This document shows positions 17,384 to 27,195 of a stretch of 64,000 nt of DNA, piece by piece. Origin of the DNA: an uncultured Candidatus Saccharibacteria bacterium (lineage in GTDB: Bacteria > Patescibacteriota > Dojkabacteria > GCA-002793355); contig CAZGEO010000002.1 in the NCBI GenBank assembly GCA_964525295.1, forward strand, positions 65,230 through 129,229. The letters run 5' to 3'. Below the pieces are notes generated by a model. That model had not been told where the DNA came from. It worked only from the letters and a program-made list of their open reading frames with translations, and did no database searches. The first letter of the stretch is position 1, and every line of letters begins with the position of its first letter. A program made the translations under genes and the position numbers.

Positions 17384-19435
17384 ATGCATGGTGAGAGCAA
17401 ACGCGTAGAAAATAGAGATCGTGAAGCTACTAAAGAAACAAAAAATATAGTTCGTGATAGCAGGGTTTCTGAAGCTTTGAGTATTTTTCATGACAAAAAA
17501 GCATCTGCAGAACAATTAGAAAAAGCTTGTAGACTACTAGCATCGCCGGATTTATCATTTTTGAGAGAAGATTCTCTTCTTCAACGCCGAGATTGTACAG
17601 ATGTGCATAAGAGAAATTTACAAGATAAAATTCGCCAAAAATTTGATACTGCACAAATTATATATAGCGGAGAATATTCACCGTTAGTTCCGATTTCCGA
17701 TGACCAAGTAATCTCACGGAATATCAAATTTTCGAGTAAAATTAGAAGTCTCGGTTCATATAACATTGAAAAAGATAGAATCACACTAAATAGTAGTTTA
17801 GCGATTGAACAACAAAACTTTCCAACACTCCATCAATTAAGACTCACAGCAACAATAATTCATGAAGAAGAGCATCGCAAAAACTTTAGTAGACGTGCTT
17901 TGGGGCGATTATGTATTATAGAATCTAATGATAAGCAAAAAGAACCACACGTATCGCAACGTGATTTGGTTGTGCCAGAAAAGTTTTATAAGGCCTCCCG
18001 ACAGGTACTTTCTTGGATAGATGAAATTGGTGCATACTTGAGTGAAGTCGATATGTCAGATTATGGAGACTTTGCAGAGTATCTCAAAATGCTTAAGGAG
18101 CACAAACGATATACTGACACCGATGCGCCAAAGGCTGGCACTCTTGAGGTTTTAGTTATAACAATTGCTGCTGGTAAAGAAATTGGTGTGCAACCAGTAG
18201 ATATTCTTGAGCAATTGGTAACTCGTTATCAAATATACGAGAGATTACACCTTTCACCGCAATTGACCAGTGCACTTTTGCTCAGGCAAGCAGAAAGTAT
18301 CGTAAGATCAGAAGCCAAAAAAATTGGGAGAACAGAAGAATTATCAGAATTAGGGAAACGATATATCCTTCGTGGGCAGGTCAAATATTTACTTGCAAAT
18401 GCCTTAACAGCAGAAGCATTGCAAGAGGTTGGAGAAATGTTGGAGAGCAAACAAAGTTATGAATTAATTGCCCCTGAGGGGAATCTCGCTGCAAAGGTCT
18501 ATTTTATTCCCGATATGTTTAAATCAAGGTCTAATATTCCATCACGATATCAGCCTGCATTTGTTTTAAAGAAAATGACTGATGATAAGGGCGAATCTTC
18601 GCAATTCGGAAATTATCGCTTGTCATTACGATACTTTGACCCAACAACAGGGGGAAGTTATGTTGTTCCATCTAGAAATATCGAGTCGTTACGAAGTGAC
18701 GAATTTCAGAATGCTTTTAAAGATTTTGTTAAAACTTTACCAAATGAGCTTGTGAGCGATCTCTTGCGTAGTGCAAATTCATCAAGTGTTTTGCAAACAC
18801 ATCTGCATAGTTTAAGTGAGACATTGAGCGATCAATTCATTATGGAATTGAATATACAGCACGGTCTTGCATTTGAACGGGCGAAAGAGATACTTGCGAC
18901 GCGACAGCAGAATCGAAAGAGAACAAATTTTAGTCAAGCTATGAAGTTGCTACAAGAAGAATTGCTCGAAAAAGAATATGTCGCAGCACAACGACCGACA
19001 TATTTACCCGTTAAAATTTCAAGAATGAGCGAAAATGAAATGGGAAGTGTCACTACGATTGCATTGAGAAATCATTCAATTCAAGGAGTACCGTATGATG
19101 CTGCTGCGGTTGTTACTATACCAAATAAAGAATATCTTGACGCTGGTAAGTTATCTATAACGCTTGCATCAGTCGAGAAAGTACCCAATGAGGAAAGATT
19201 AAGGCAGGTTGCAAAAGCAATTATTGATTCACTTCCACACGTGACCAGGCAAGCGATGTCGTTAAATTATAGAGCAGGGAATTTTGAATTACCTCGAGAT
19301 GTTCAAGACACTCATGGTAGGCTGGTTAGCGAGGTAAGAAAGTACTTAGAAGAGCTTGGTTATGCAGTAATTGCTGGGGCAAAACAGAAAAGAATAATTA
19401 CCATTGCTGATTGGTTTAGTAAGTATGTTAAGTAG
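17384..19435 (+). CDS. Hypothetical protein, 683 aa, containing an HEEEH (HExxH-type) motif
   Basis: Long ORF. TATIIHEEEHRKN is a possible zincin motif, but the evidence is weak. An extended -10 TGgCATAAT at 17370-17378 ends 5 nt before the ATG. Confidence 0.55.
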   Translation: MHGESKRVENRDREATKETKNIVRDSRVSEALSIFHDKKASAEQLEKACRLLASPDLSFLREDSLLQRRDCTDVHKRNLQDKIRQKFDTAQIIYSGEYSPLVPISDDQVISRNIKFSSKIRSLGSYNIEKDRITLNSSLAIEQQNFPTLHQLRLTATIIHEEEHRKNFSRRALGRLCIIESNDKQKEPHVSQRDLVVPEKFYKASRQVLSWIDEIGAYLSEVDMSDYGDFAEYLKMLKEHKRYTDTDAPKAGTLEVLVITIAAGKEIGVQPVDILEQLVTRYQIYERLHLSPQLTSALLLRQAESIVRSEAKKIGRTEELSELGKRYILRGQVKYLLANALTAEALQEVGEMLESKQSYELIAPEGNLAAKVYFIPDMFKSRSNIPSRYQPAFVLKKMTDDKGESSQFGNYRLSLRYFDPTTGGSYVVPSRNIESLRSDEFQNAFKDFVKTLPNELVSDLLRSANSSSVLQTHLHSLSETLSDQFIMELNIQHGLAFERAKEILATRQQNRKRTNFSQAMKLLQEELLEKEYVAAQRPTYLPVKISRMSENEMGSVTTIALRNHSIQGVPYDAAAVVTIPNKEYLDAGKLSITLASVEKVPNEERLRQVAKAIIDSLPHVTRQAMSLNYRAGNFELPRDVQDTHGRLVSEVRKYLEELGYAVIAGAKQKRIITIADWFSKYVK

Positions 19436-19659
19436 TAGTGCTAACGATGTTCGCTTTATCGAGGCTCTCAGGTGGAAGTTGATAACGTGACGTTGTTTGT
19501 ATAATTCCCCGAAGAAACTTGTAGAATATACTGCTAAATGTATTGTTAAATTACAATATTACGTTGTTGAAGTACTTCGACATTATTGAATCCTTGTACC
19601 CCTATAAAGAAAATAGTTCATATTCTTGACACATATGGCGAGAAAAATTCAACGACGTC

Positions 19660-19715
19660 TTAATAAATCTCCACCCTTACTACCCATTCCCCGTTTTCAA
19701 CTTTCCAGGTAAGTA
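19660..19715. repeat. Copy B of the 56-bp direct repeat, forming the authentic 3' end of the gene 19660-20670
   Basis: Encodes the C-terminus TWKVENGEWVVRVEIY of the minus-strand gene. Confidence 0.7.
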
Positions 19716-20670
19716 ACCCAAGGTTAGTCTTTTCAAGGTAGCGTGCGGCAAGCGAGAGCGAGCGAGGTTCACGACAGGTAGCACCGGGCAGAAGGGCATT
19801 GCGAAGGGTAATGACGTCGCGCTGGCACGAGATGCGAACAGGAGCAGTCACATCCCCATGTTGGGAGATGTTGGAGAGGAGGTCGAAGAGAATGAGGGGA
19901 AGTATTAGTAAATGTGATGAGTTAATGTTTTTCTTGTAAGAATCAAATGAAATTTTGATATCTAGGATATCGCCAAAATATTTAGTTAGGATTGCGAGGA
20001 TTTCTTTTATCGAAGTACCTCTTATGGTATTGTTTGAATCTACAGGCGAGTTTCCGAGTAATTTAATTAGTGCTTCTTTTTGTTTCGAATCCTTTTGCCA
20101 TATAAATGAATTCAGCAAATTTTTGTTTGTATGTGCGGAGAGAGAAGAATAGAGTCCTCTTATAACGAGCAATGAGATTTTATTGTCTGTATGAGTATCA
20201 AGAAAGGCAAGTTTTAATAAGTAATTTTGTGTCATAAAAATGCTAATAGATATAAGACCGATTAAAAGAATATTTTCTGCTCCTACAACCCAATAAGGAT
20301 CCTTTTGAAAAGGTAGAATTTCAATAAATTCGAGTCCAAGCAAAAATAATACTAAGAATTGGAAAAAATAGACGTATTTTTTTTCATATAGAATATAAAT
20401 AAAAGGAGATATTAGTATTGGTAAAAGACTTGAGAAGGGAACAATACTTCCCCAAGTAAGAATTGTTGCGATGTAGGTTATTACTAATAAGAATACTAGT
20501 GCGTGGATAATTAACTTGGGATATATGATAGAAACAAGTAACGCAATTGTAATAGCAGAGCATATTATCAGGTATTCAAATTTCAAAGTAGCTCCAGAAA
20601 TTTGGTAGTAAAATATGATTGAAAGCGGTACTACACAAAATAGTAAAAGTAATCTACTAATCTTTTTCAT
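19660..20670 (-). CDS. Polytopic membrane protein with a degenerate histidine-kinase-like ATPase C-terminus
   Basis: Six or more TM helices in the N-terminal half. The C-terminal LLSNISQHGD (N-box-like) and GLL region are weakly HATPase_c-like. Overlaps the mutS start by 4 nt. Confidence 0.4.
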   Translation of the reverse strand: MKKISRLLLLFCVVPLSIIFYYQISGATLKFEYLIICSAITIALLVSIIYPKLIIHALVFLLVITYIATILTWGSIVPFSSLLPILISPFIYILYEKKYVYFFQFLVLFLLGLEFIEILPFQKDPYWVVGAENILLIGLISISIFMTQNYLLKLAFLDTHTDNKISLLVIRGLYSSLSAHTNKNLLNSFIWQKDSKQKEALIKLLGNSPVDSNNTIRGTSIKEILAILTKYFGDILDIKISFDSYKKNINSSHLLILPLILFDLLSNISQHGDVTAPVRISCQRDVITLRNALLPGATCREPRSLSLAARYLEKTNLGLLTWKVENGEWVVRVEIY

Positions 20671-23345
20671 CCCTTTTTCAACTTCTCCACCAGTACCAAT
20701 GCTTCTACGGGGGTGAGGGTGTTTATGTCTGTGCCGTCGAGCAGCTCCATTAATCTTTCAAACTTCTGCAACTTTTCTTTCTGTTCTTCGGTTAGCTGAT
20801 TGCGCAGGGGGAGCTGGGGTTTGGTAGTGCCGATGAGTTCGCCCAATAGATTCAGTTGTCCCTGCCCACCATTGTGGGAAAGCGGTAAAGGATTAAAGCC
20901 TGAAAGTTCACTAACTTCTTTATTACTTTCTTGCTTTACTTTTTGTCCCTCTGCTTCAAAGTTCTCTAGTACTTGAAACGCTGTATTGATTATTTCTTCT
21001 GGCAAATTCACCAGTTTTGCTACCTGTATACCATAGCTCTTGTCGCTTTTGCCGCGGGTAACGGTGTGTAAGAAGTAAATCGTATTGTCTTGCTCGCGCA
21101 GATTCACTTTGTAGTTAATAAAGCGGTTCGAGATATTTTCAAGGTCGGTTAGTTCTCTAAAGTGGGTGGTGAAAATTGTTGTACACCCAATCTGATTGGC
21201 GATATATTGGGCAATTCCCCAGGCGAGCGAAATTCCTTCGTATGTGCTTGTTCCTCGGCCAACTTCGTCTAGAATAACCAAGCTTTTTGCGGTTGCTTGC
21301 GAAACTATGTAGGCCACTTCTGAAAGTTCAACCATAAACGTACTCTTGCCGGTGGTAATATCGTCTGACGCACCAATACGTGCGAATACTTGATCGGTAA
21401 TTGGCAAGGTCGCTTTTTCAGCTGGCACGAAAGAGCCAATCTGCGCCATAATTTGCAGTAGCGCAATCTGACGAACAAAAGTAGATTTACCACCCATGTT
21501 AGGGCCAGTAAGTATCAAAAAGTTCTGATCTTCAGTAACGGTGAGGTCGTTTGGCACAAATTCTTTCACGGTAGTTTCAACAACTGGGTGGCGCATGCCA
21601 ACAAGGTCGTAGGTTCTTTCAGTTTCGGTAAGTAGCGGGCGAACATAGCGTTTGGTAAGTGCGTTTGTAGCGAATGAATGGAGTACATCTAGTTTGGCAA
21701 GGTAGTTAGTGAGTATGTTGAGTGTTGCGGTGTAGTTGCGAAGGTTTTGCACTAGTTCGCCGTAAATCTTTGTTTCGAGAATTGTTAATTCACCTTTTGC
21801 CGAAAGTACTTGTGCCTCGAGAGTTTTCAATTCCTCAGTAATGTAACGCTCGGCATTCACCATCGTTTGCTTTTTGATGAAGTGCTCTGGTGCGTTTTTG
21901 CCTTGAATGCGCGAAAGCTCGAATGCGTAGCCGAAGACATTGTTGAAGGTGAGCTTGAGCGCCGGCAAATTATTGACAGTCTTTTCTTTGTTGAATAGGT
22001 CTTTAATGTACTGTTCGCCATTAGTGGCAAGACTGACCAATTTGTCTAATTCGCTATTTACACCGTCTTTGATAAATGTCCCCCGGTCTGAATTAATAGT
22101 TAATACAGTAATAATTAATGAAACAATTTCGCTCAATTTTTCAATTTCTTGCTTCGCTAGCTTTGCGAGTTTTTCTTCAGGAGGGAAACTCGTTGGATTA
22201 GTATCTAGGAATCGTTGAATTGCCTCGGCAATGGTGAGTAGGTGTCTATAATGAATTCTGCCAAGCCCAAGCGCGCTAGTTAAACGCTGCAAATCGGGGA
22301 ATTTGTGCAATAAGTTGGCTACTCCTTGGTAGGCTTCGCTATTTTGCATGAAAAAGTCGACAACGTCGTATCTTTCGTTAAGTTGCTTGACATCGGTAAG
22401 CGGAAAACTGAGCCATTCGTACAAAAGTCTGTGTCCCATGGCGGTCTGCGTAGAATCTACGGCCCCAAGAAGAGAACCTTCAGTTCGGTGTGTCTTCAAA
22501 TTGTAGAAAATTTCAAGATTTCGTTGAGAAATTGGATCAATATGCAGCGCCGACTTTGGGTTAAAGAATGAAAGCGACGTAATATGCTTAGGTTCCGATT
22601 TTTTCGTATCGTAAAGGTAATCTAACAGAACGCTAGCTGCGCTTGTCGCATACGGAAAATCACTTAATCCAAGAGGATCCAAATTTGGCACGCCAAAGTG
22701 CTTTTTTAACTGTTCCAGCTTTGTTGAAGAGGAAAATTCGCGGTCTTCAATCGGCTGCACAACGGTGGACAGGGTAGAGGTATCGGTGTGTGTATCTTTT
22801 GTAGACTTAAGCAGTTCTCGTGGTGAAAGGCGTTCCAAAAGCTCGGTTATGGTTTTGTCGTTGAATCTATCTTCGTAAACCTTGAATTCGCCGGTTGAGA
22901 TATCGGCAAAAGCTAAACCAAACATTTTACCGTCGGTACTTATGCAGGCCAGGTAGTTTTTGTCGTTCGAGAGCAATTCTTGCTGTGTTGCTATGGTCCC
23001 TTGGGTGATAACTTCGGTAACTGCGCGTTTTACAATGCCTTTGGCATTCTTTGGATTCTCTATTTGGCGTGCAACGGCCACTTTAAACCCTGCTGCAATC
23101 AACTTTGGGAGGTAATCGTCTAACGCTTTTTGTGGAAATCCTGCCATTGGTGGTGCATCTTCACTTTTTGATCGACTGGTAAGCACAATTCCCAAGGTTT
23201 CTGATATTTTCTCGGCATCATCGCCGAAGCATTCGAAAAAATCGCCCATTTGAAACAACAGTACTGCATCTTTATATTCATTCTTGATTGCCTGATACTG
23301 TGCCATTAATGGCTTTGTTTCGGTCATAACGAGATTGTAGCACAA
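20667..23345 (-). CDS. mutS: DNA mismatch repair protein MutS
   Basis: N-terminal MAQYQAIKNEYKDAVLLFQMGDFFE mismatch-binding domain. Walker A TGPNMGGKSTF and the DEVGRGTST motif. The likely true start is the MTETKPL Met at 23327. Confidence 0.9.
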   Translation of the reverse strand: MCYNLVMTETKPLMAQYQAIKNEYKDAVLLFQMGDFFECFGDDAEKISETLGIVLTSRSKSEDAPPMAGFPQKALDDYLPKLIAAGFKVAVARQIENPKNAKGIVKRAVTEVITQGTIATQQELLSNDKNYLACISTDGKMFGLAFADISTGEFKVYEDRFNDKTITELLERLSPRELLKSTKDTHTDTSTLSTVVQPIEDREFSSSTKLEQLKKHFGVPNLDPLGLSDFPYATSAASVLLDYLYDTKKSEPKHITSLSFFNPKSALHIDPISQRNLEIFYNLKTHRTEGSLLGAVDSTQTAMGHRLLYEWLSFPLTDVKQLNERYDVVDFFMQNSEAYQGVANLLHKFPDLQRLTSALGLGRIHYRHLLTIAEAIQRFLDTNPTSFPPEEKLAKLAKQEIEKLSEIVSLIITVLTINSDRGTFIKDGVNSELDKLVSLATNGEQYIKDLFNKEKTVNNLPALKLTFNNVFGYAFELSRIQGKNAPEHFIKKQTMVNAERYITEELKTLEAQVLSAKGELTILETKIYGELVQNLRNYTATLNILTNYLAKLDVLHSFATNALTKRYVRPLLTETERTYDLVGMRHPVVETTVKEFVPNDLTVTEDQNFLILTGPNMGGKSTFVRQIALLQIMAQIGSFVPAEKATLPITDQVFARIGASDDITTGKSTFMVELSEVAYIVSQATAKSLVILDEVGRGTSTYEGISLAWGIAQYIANQIGCTTIFTTHFRELTDLENISNRFINYKVNLREQDNTIYFLHTVTRGKSDKSYGIQVAKLVNLPEEIINTAFQVLENFEAEGQKVKQESNKEVSELSGFNPLPLSHNGGQGQLNLLGELIGTTKPQLPLRNQLTEEQKEKLQKFERLMELLDGTDINTLTPVEALVLVEKLKKG

Positions 23346-23385
23346 TTGTTAATACGTTAGCTCGTTAATAAATTGTGAAGATAGT

Positions 23386-25581
23386 TTACCCTAGCTGCAC
23401 TTTTTCCATCTCTTTGCCTAACTCGGCAACGTCTGCCTCTAAAACGTGAGGTACGTGTTCTGAAAAGACCAAAGAAGTGATACCTTTTTTAATGAGTGGA
23501 AGAACTTCTTTTCTTAAGGGAATAGTGAAGTATTCTTTGGGTAGAATCATGCCCAAGTACGAGAGCTTTGATGCTTGAACTAACTCCATATTTCCAGCAA
23601 CTAGTTCCCAAAGTTTTTCATCTATTGAGGTTGAACCTGGTAAATATGATTTTGCAAGTGATGAAAGATCATAAAGGAAGCCATCTACAGCAATCTCAGC
23701 AAGATTCTTGCTATTTAGCAAACCATAAATTGAACCAATGCTAATGATAAATTTGATACGCTTATTTCGTCGTATACTGTTTGATGCTAATGTTCGCTTT
23801 GTTTTTAAGAGTGCATCTAGTGAAGGAATATCAGAAATTACGATATATAGATCAGCTTTGGCATTTGCTTTGAGTTTTTTTAAGAAATTGATCTCGGTCT
23901 TATCGCCATTTGTTATTGGAATCATAATTGCCTGCGCATCATCGGGAATTCTTTCTTTTGGATTGTTAATAACAACACATTTGGCGGTAGGCGTATCAGT
24001 TAAAAAGATAGGGAAAACAAAATCGTCAGATGTGCTCACTGGAATTAATGGTTTTTCTTGTGTTTCGATAGTTGTTGGAAAAATCGACTTTTCTTGCCTT
24101 TCTAACAAAGGTGATTCTGTATTCTCTTGAGGTAATGCTTCAGGTAGATGTGATACTCGATAAATTGCTCCTGCATTGCCATCAACTTTAATTAATGCGC
24201 CATTTTGCAAGAAACTTGTTGCAATTCTACTTCCTACAACCGCTGGAATTTGTAATTCACGCGCTGTTAGGGCTGCGTCGCTGTTGACACCACCATAATT
24301 GGTAACAATACCGCCAGCTTGAATAAATAATGGCTCAAGAGTTCCGGTAAATTCATCGGTAATTATGATTGAGCGTTTGTTAACTGAGGGTTTTAGTTCG
24401 GCTATCATTTCTTCAGTCATTGCAGCAGCAGAGGGAATAACAACGGCTTCGCCGTATGCAATACCCGAAGAAGCAGCGCTACCTAGAAAGAGCAGGGTTT
24501 CTTCTGGAACAGCCTCAACAATTTTTTCTTCGCTGCCCTTTGCATCTGATACTTCGAAAGTTATTTTTTCAGCTTCTTTTACAAACTTATCCATGTCATT
24601 CATTGAGGTGATTTTGTGTTTAACCTCATTAATTGTTGCCGGATTTTCTTTATTATTCTTCATTGGTTTAGCTTGCAAGACATACAGACTTCCGCGCTCC
24701 ATTGCCCATTCGATTATTTGTGGACCACCAAGTGCTTGTTCGACTTTATCTGCAAGTTTTGTTAGTTCAATGATGAGAGAATCGTCTAATTTTTGAGCGT
24801 ATTGCCAAACTTTAGAAATTGAAATTTTCTGTAAATGTTCAAGTGATTCAGTATCACCAACTTTTCTAACTTTCATCCAATCTTGTGGAACGATTTTTTT
24901 CTCGATAATTTCGAGAGAGGTTTTCGATACTGTATAAACGTCAGGGTTGATACTACCATCAGACAACACATCACCTAGCCCAAATACAGCTTCAATAGAG
25001 ACGTGTTCCTTTTCAAGAGTAATTGGGTCTACTGTATACATAATGCCCGATACTTCGGCTTGAATCATTTTTTGAACAATTACTGCGGTACTGATATCGC
25101 TATATGAAATTTTGTTCTTTTTTAGGTAGTCGTAGGTGCGGTCTTGAAAGAGTGAGATATAAATCTCTTTTAAGCCATTTTCGATGTCATTTGCACCACG
25201 TACATTAAGCATAGTGTGTAAAAGACCGCTGAATGAAACGTCTGGATGTAGTGGCGCGACAACTGAGGAGCGAACGGCTGTCCAGGCTTTGCCAAACCCA
25301 GAAATCTTTTGATATTCATTTTCTAGCGAGGTTATTACCTGTGGTGATAGAGGGGTTTGTGATAATTTACTGCGAAACTCGTCGAGTGAAGCAACTGAAG
25401 TATCTTGAAAAATTGTTGAAATCATATTTTTGAAAACATCAGGACGGATAATAAAGAATCCTGGAACTGGTACGTGATTCGCAACAAGCAATGTCAGGCT
25501 GAGCCCTTTGCGACCAACATCCTGCTCATTATATTGATTGCTTCCTGACAGAAGATCTTTGTAGAAAATGGGCTGTGTCAT
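23386..25581 (-). CDS. PEP-utilising enzyme family protein (PEP synthase / rifampicin-phosphotransferase-like) with the catalytic His replaced by Asp
   Basis: N-terminal PPDK_N ATP-grasp-like region. The swivel domain reads GGVNSDAALTARELQIPAVVG against the consensus GGxTSHAAIxAREfGIPAVVG, so the phospho-His is Asp here. Confidence 0.75.
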   Translation of the reverse strand: MTQPIFYKDLLSGSNQYNEQDVGRKGLSLTLLVANHVPVPGFFIIRPDVFKNMISTIFQDTSVASLDEFRSKLSQTPLSPQVITSLENEYQKISGFGKAWTAVRSSVVAPLHPDVSFSGLLHTMLNVRGANDIENGLKEIYISLFQDRTYDYLKKNKISYSDISTAVIVQKMIQAEVSGIMYTVDPITLEKEHVSIEAVFGLGDVLSDGSINPDVYTVSKTSLEIIEKKIVPQDWMKVRKVGDTESLEHLQKISISKVWQYAQKLDDSLIIELTKLADKVEQALGGPQIIEWAMERGSLYVLQAKPMKNNKENPATINEVKHKITSMNDMDKFVKEAEKITFEVSDAKGSEEKIVEAVPEETLLFLGSAASSGIAYGEAVVIPSAAAMTEEMIAELKPSVNKRSIIITDEFTGTLEPLFIQAGGIVTNYGGVNSDAALTARELQIPAVVGSRIATSFLQNGALIKVDGNAGAIYRVSHLPEALPQENTESPLLERQEKSIFPTTIETQEKPLIPVSTSDDFVFPIFLTDTPTAKCVVINNPKERIPDDAQAIMIPITNGDKTEINFLKKLKANAKADLYIVISDIPSLDALLKTKRTLASNSIRRNKRIKFIISIGSIYGLLNSKNLAEIAVDGFLYDLSSLAKSYLPGSTSIDEKLWELVAGNMELVQASKLSYLGMILPKEYFTIPLRKEVLPLIKKGITSLVFSEHVPHVLEADVAELGKEMEKVQLG

Positions 25582-25611
25582 ACAGTAACAGGGTACGGTA
25601 TTTCGGTTTTC

Positions 25612-27195
25612 TTGTCAATGCGGTATAATACAGAAAACTTAGCAAAAAACCGTATGAAAAGGTCGTATGATTTAAACTCTTTCTCATTTAAGATTGTTCG
25701 TGTAATTCCTGGATTCGTCACGCTGTTTCTCTTAACTGCGCCAATCTGGGCAACTTTATTAGGGTATCCTGAGCTTGTTTTGTATTACGTCGCATTCTTA
25801 GCAGTATATTGGTTTTATAAAACAATTCTTACAAATATCGGTAATTTCGTTGCGCTCAGAAGATATCGCCGAGCTCTCGACCTAGATTGGGATAAAATGA
25901 TTGCATCGCTGAATTGGGACGATTTACCAGATCGTGAACAATTGCCGCGTTCTTTCGAAGATTTGAACGCGGTGGTTATGATTCCCTTCTTCAAAGAAGA
26001 ATATGCTGTACTCAAAGAGACAACGGAAGCTATCAAAAATTCAACCTTTGATACGAAAAAAATTACGATTGTGTGGTGTAGTGAAGAACGTGGAGGAGAG
26101 CAACCTCAAATTGATATTAAGCGAATAATCGATGAATACTCCCAGTATTTCAAATCAATGAAAGTTTATGTACATCCAGCGGGAATTCCTGGTGAACCTA
26201 TCGGTATTGCTGCGCCAAACCTTAACTGGGGGGCAAAGGCATATGTAAAAGAATTGCTTGAAGCTGGTGAAGATTTGAAAAATTATATCGTCATTAAATA
26301 TGACAGTGACTTATTGATTCATAAGAAATTCATTTCGAATTTCGTTCATACCTATCTGACCGTTAAAGATAGATATTTTGCGTTTTTCTCACCTGCAATT
26401 ATGTTGTATGCAAATAATTATTGGCAGGTTCCTGTTTTGATGCGCGTTTTTTCAGGTGCTTTGACTATCGCTCTTATGAGTGAATGGATTACTGCTAAGC
26501 GAGGGAAGCAATCTTTTTCTTGCTTTGGCTTTTCATTGCAATTGTTGCACGATATAGATTATTGGGATCCTTTGATTGGGGTTGATGATACAGGTTTTTA
26601 TTGGCGCGCGTATCTCGCACTTGATGGTAAATTCCGTGGAGAAGAATTTTATGCCCCAGCTTATAGTGACGCTGTGCAAGCAGAAGATTATTACAAAACT
26701 CACGTAGTGCAGTATAAACAGTTGCGTCGTTGGGGGTGGGGAGCAATTGTGTACCCAATGACCTTGCAAGGAATTATGGCAAATAGCAAAATTAAATTGC
26801 GTAGTAAAGTGTCGAGCATCGCGGAGCTTTTCAGGGCATACAATTTGTATACCACAATCGCATTTCTTTTAACATTCGCCATTCCAATTATTGCTTTGGT
26901 TAATCCAGATTTTGGACTTTCAAGCTCAGCTCATGTGTTACCAAAAATTATTAGTTCAATATTGACATTGTCACTCTTAGGTTTATTGCCATCACGTTGG
27001 GTACTTGAAGAATTATATGGCGCTCCACCAGCAAAATATGGAAAGCTCTTTCATCTTTGGCATTATTTTGAACAGGTTATGTTAATGATTTTCTCGCTGA
27101 CGTTAGGATTCTTTCCATATTTGCAAGCACAGATTGAAATGATGTTAGGTAAGTCTATGAATTTCATTGTCACCCCGAAAGTCAGAAAGGAGTGA
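25612..27195 (+). CDS. Membrane-bound processive family-2 glycosyltransferase (cellulose/chitin-synthase-like)
   Basis: TM helices flank a GT-A domain with a DSD (DxD) motif, a GVDDTG motif and the QxxRW motif QYKQLRRWGWG. Confidence 0.65.
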   Translation: MSMRYNTENLAKNRMKRSYDLNSFSFKIVRVIPGFVTLFLLTAPIWATLLGYPELVLYYVAFLAVYWFYKTILTNIGNFVALRRYRRALDLDWDKMIASLNWDDLPDREQLPRSFEDLNAVVMIPFFKEEYAVLKETTEAIKNSTFDTKKITIVWCSEERGGEQPQIDIKRIIDEYSQYFKSMKVYVHPAGIPGEPIGIAAPNLNWGAKAYVKELLEAGEDLKNYIVIKYDSDLLIHKKFISNFVHTYLTVKDRYFAFFSPAIMLYANNYWQVPVLMRVFSGALTIALMSEWITAKRGKQSFSCFGFSLQLLHDIDYWDPLIGVDDTGFYWRAYLALDGKFRGEEFYAPAYSDAVQAEDYYKTHVVQYKQLRRWGWGAIVYPMTLQGIMANSKIKLRSKVSSIAELFRAYNLYTTIAFLLTFAIPIIALVNPDFGLSSSAHVLPKIISSILTLSLLGLLPSRWVLEELYGAPPAKYGKLFHLWHYFEQVMLMIFSLTLGFFPYLQAQIEMMLGKSMNFIVTPKVRKE

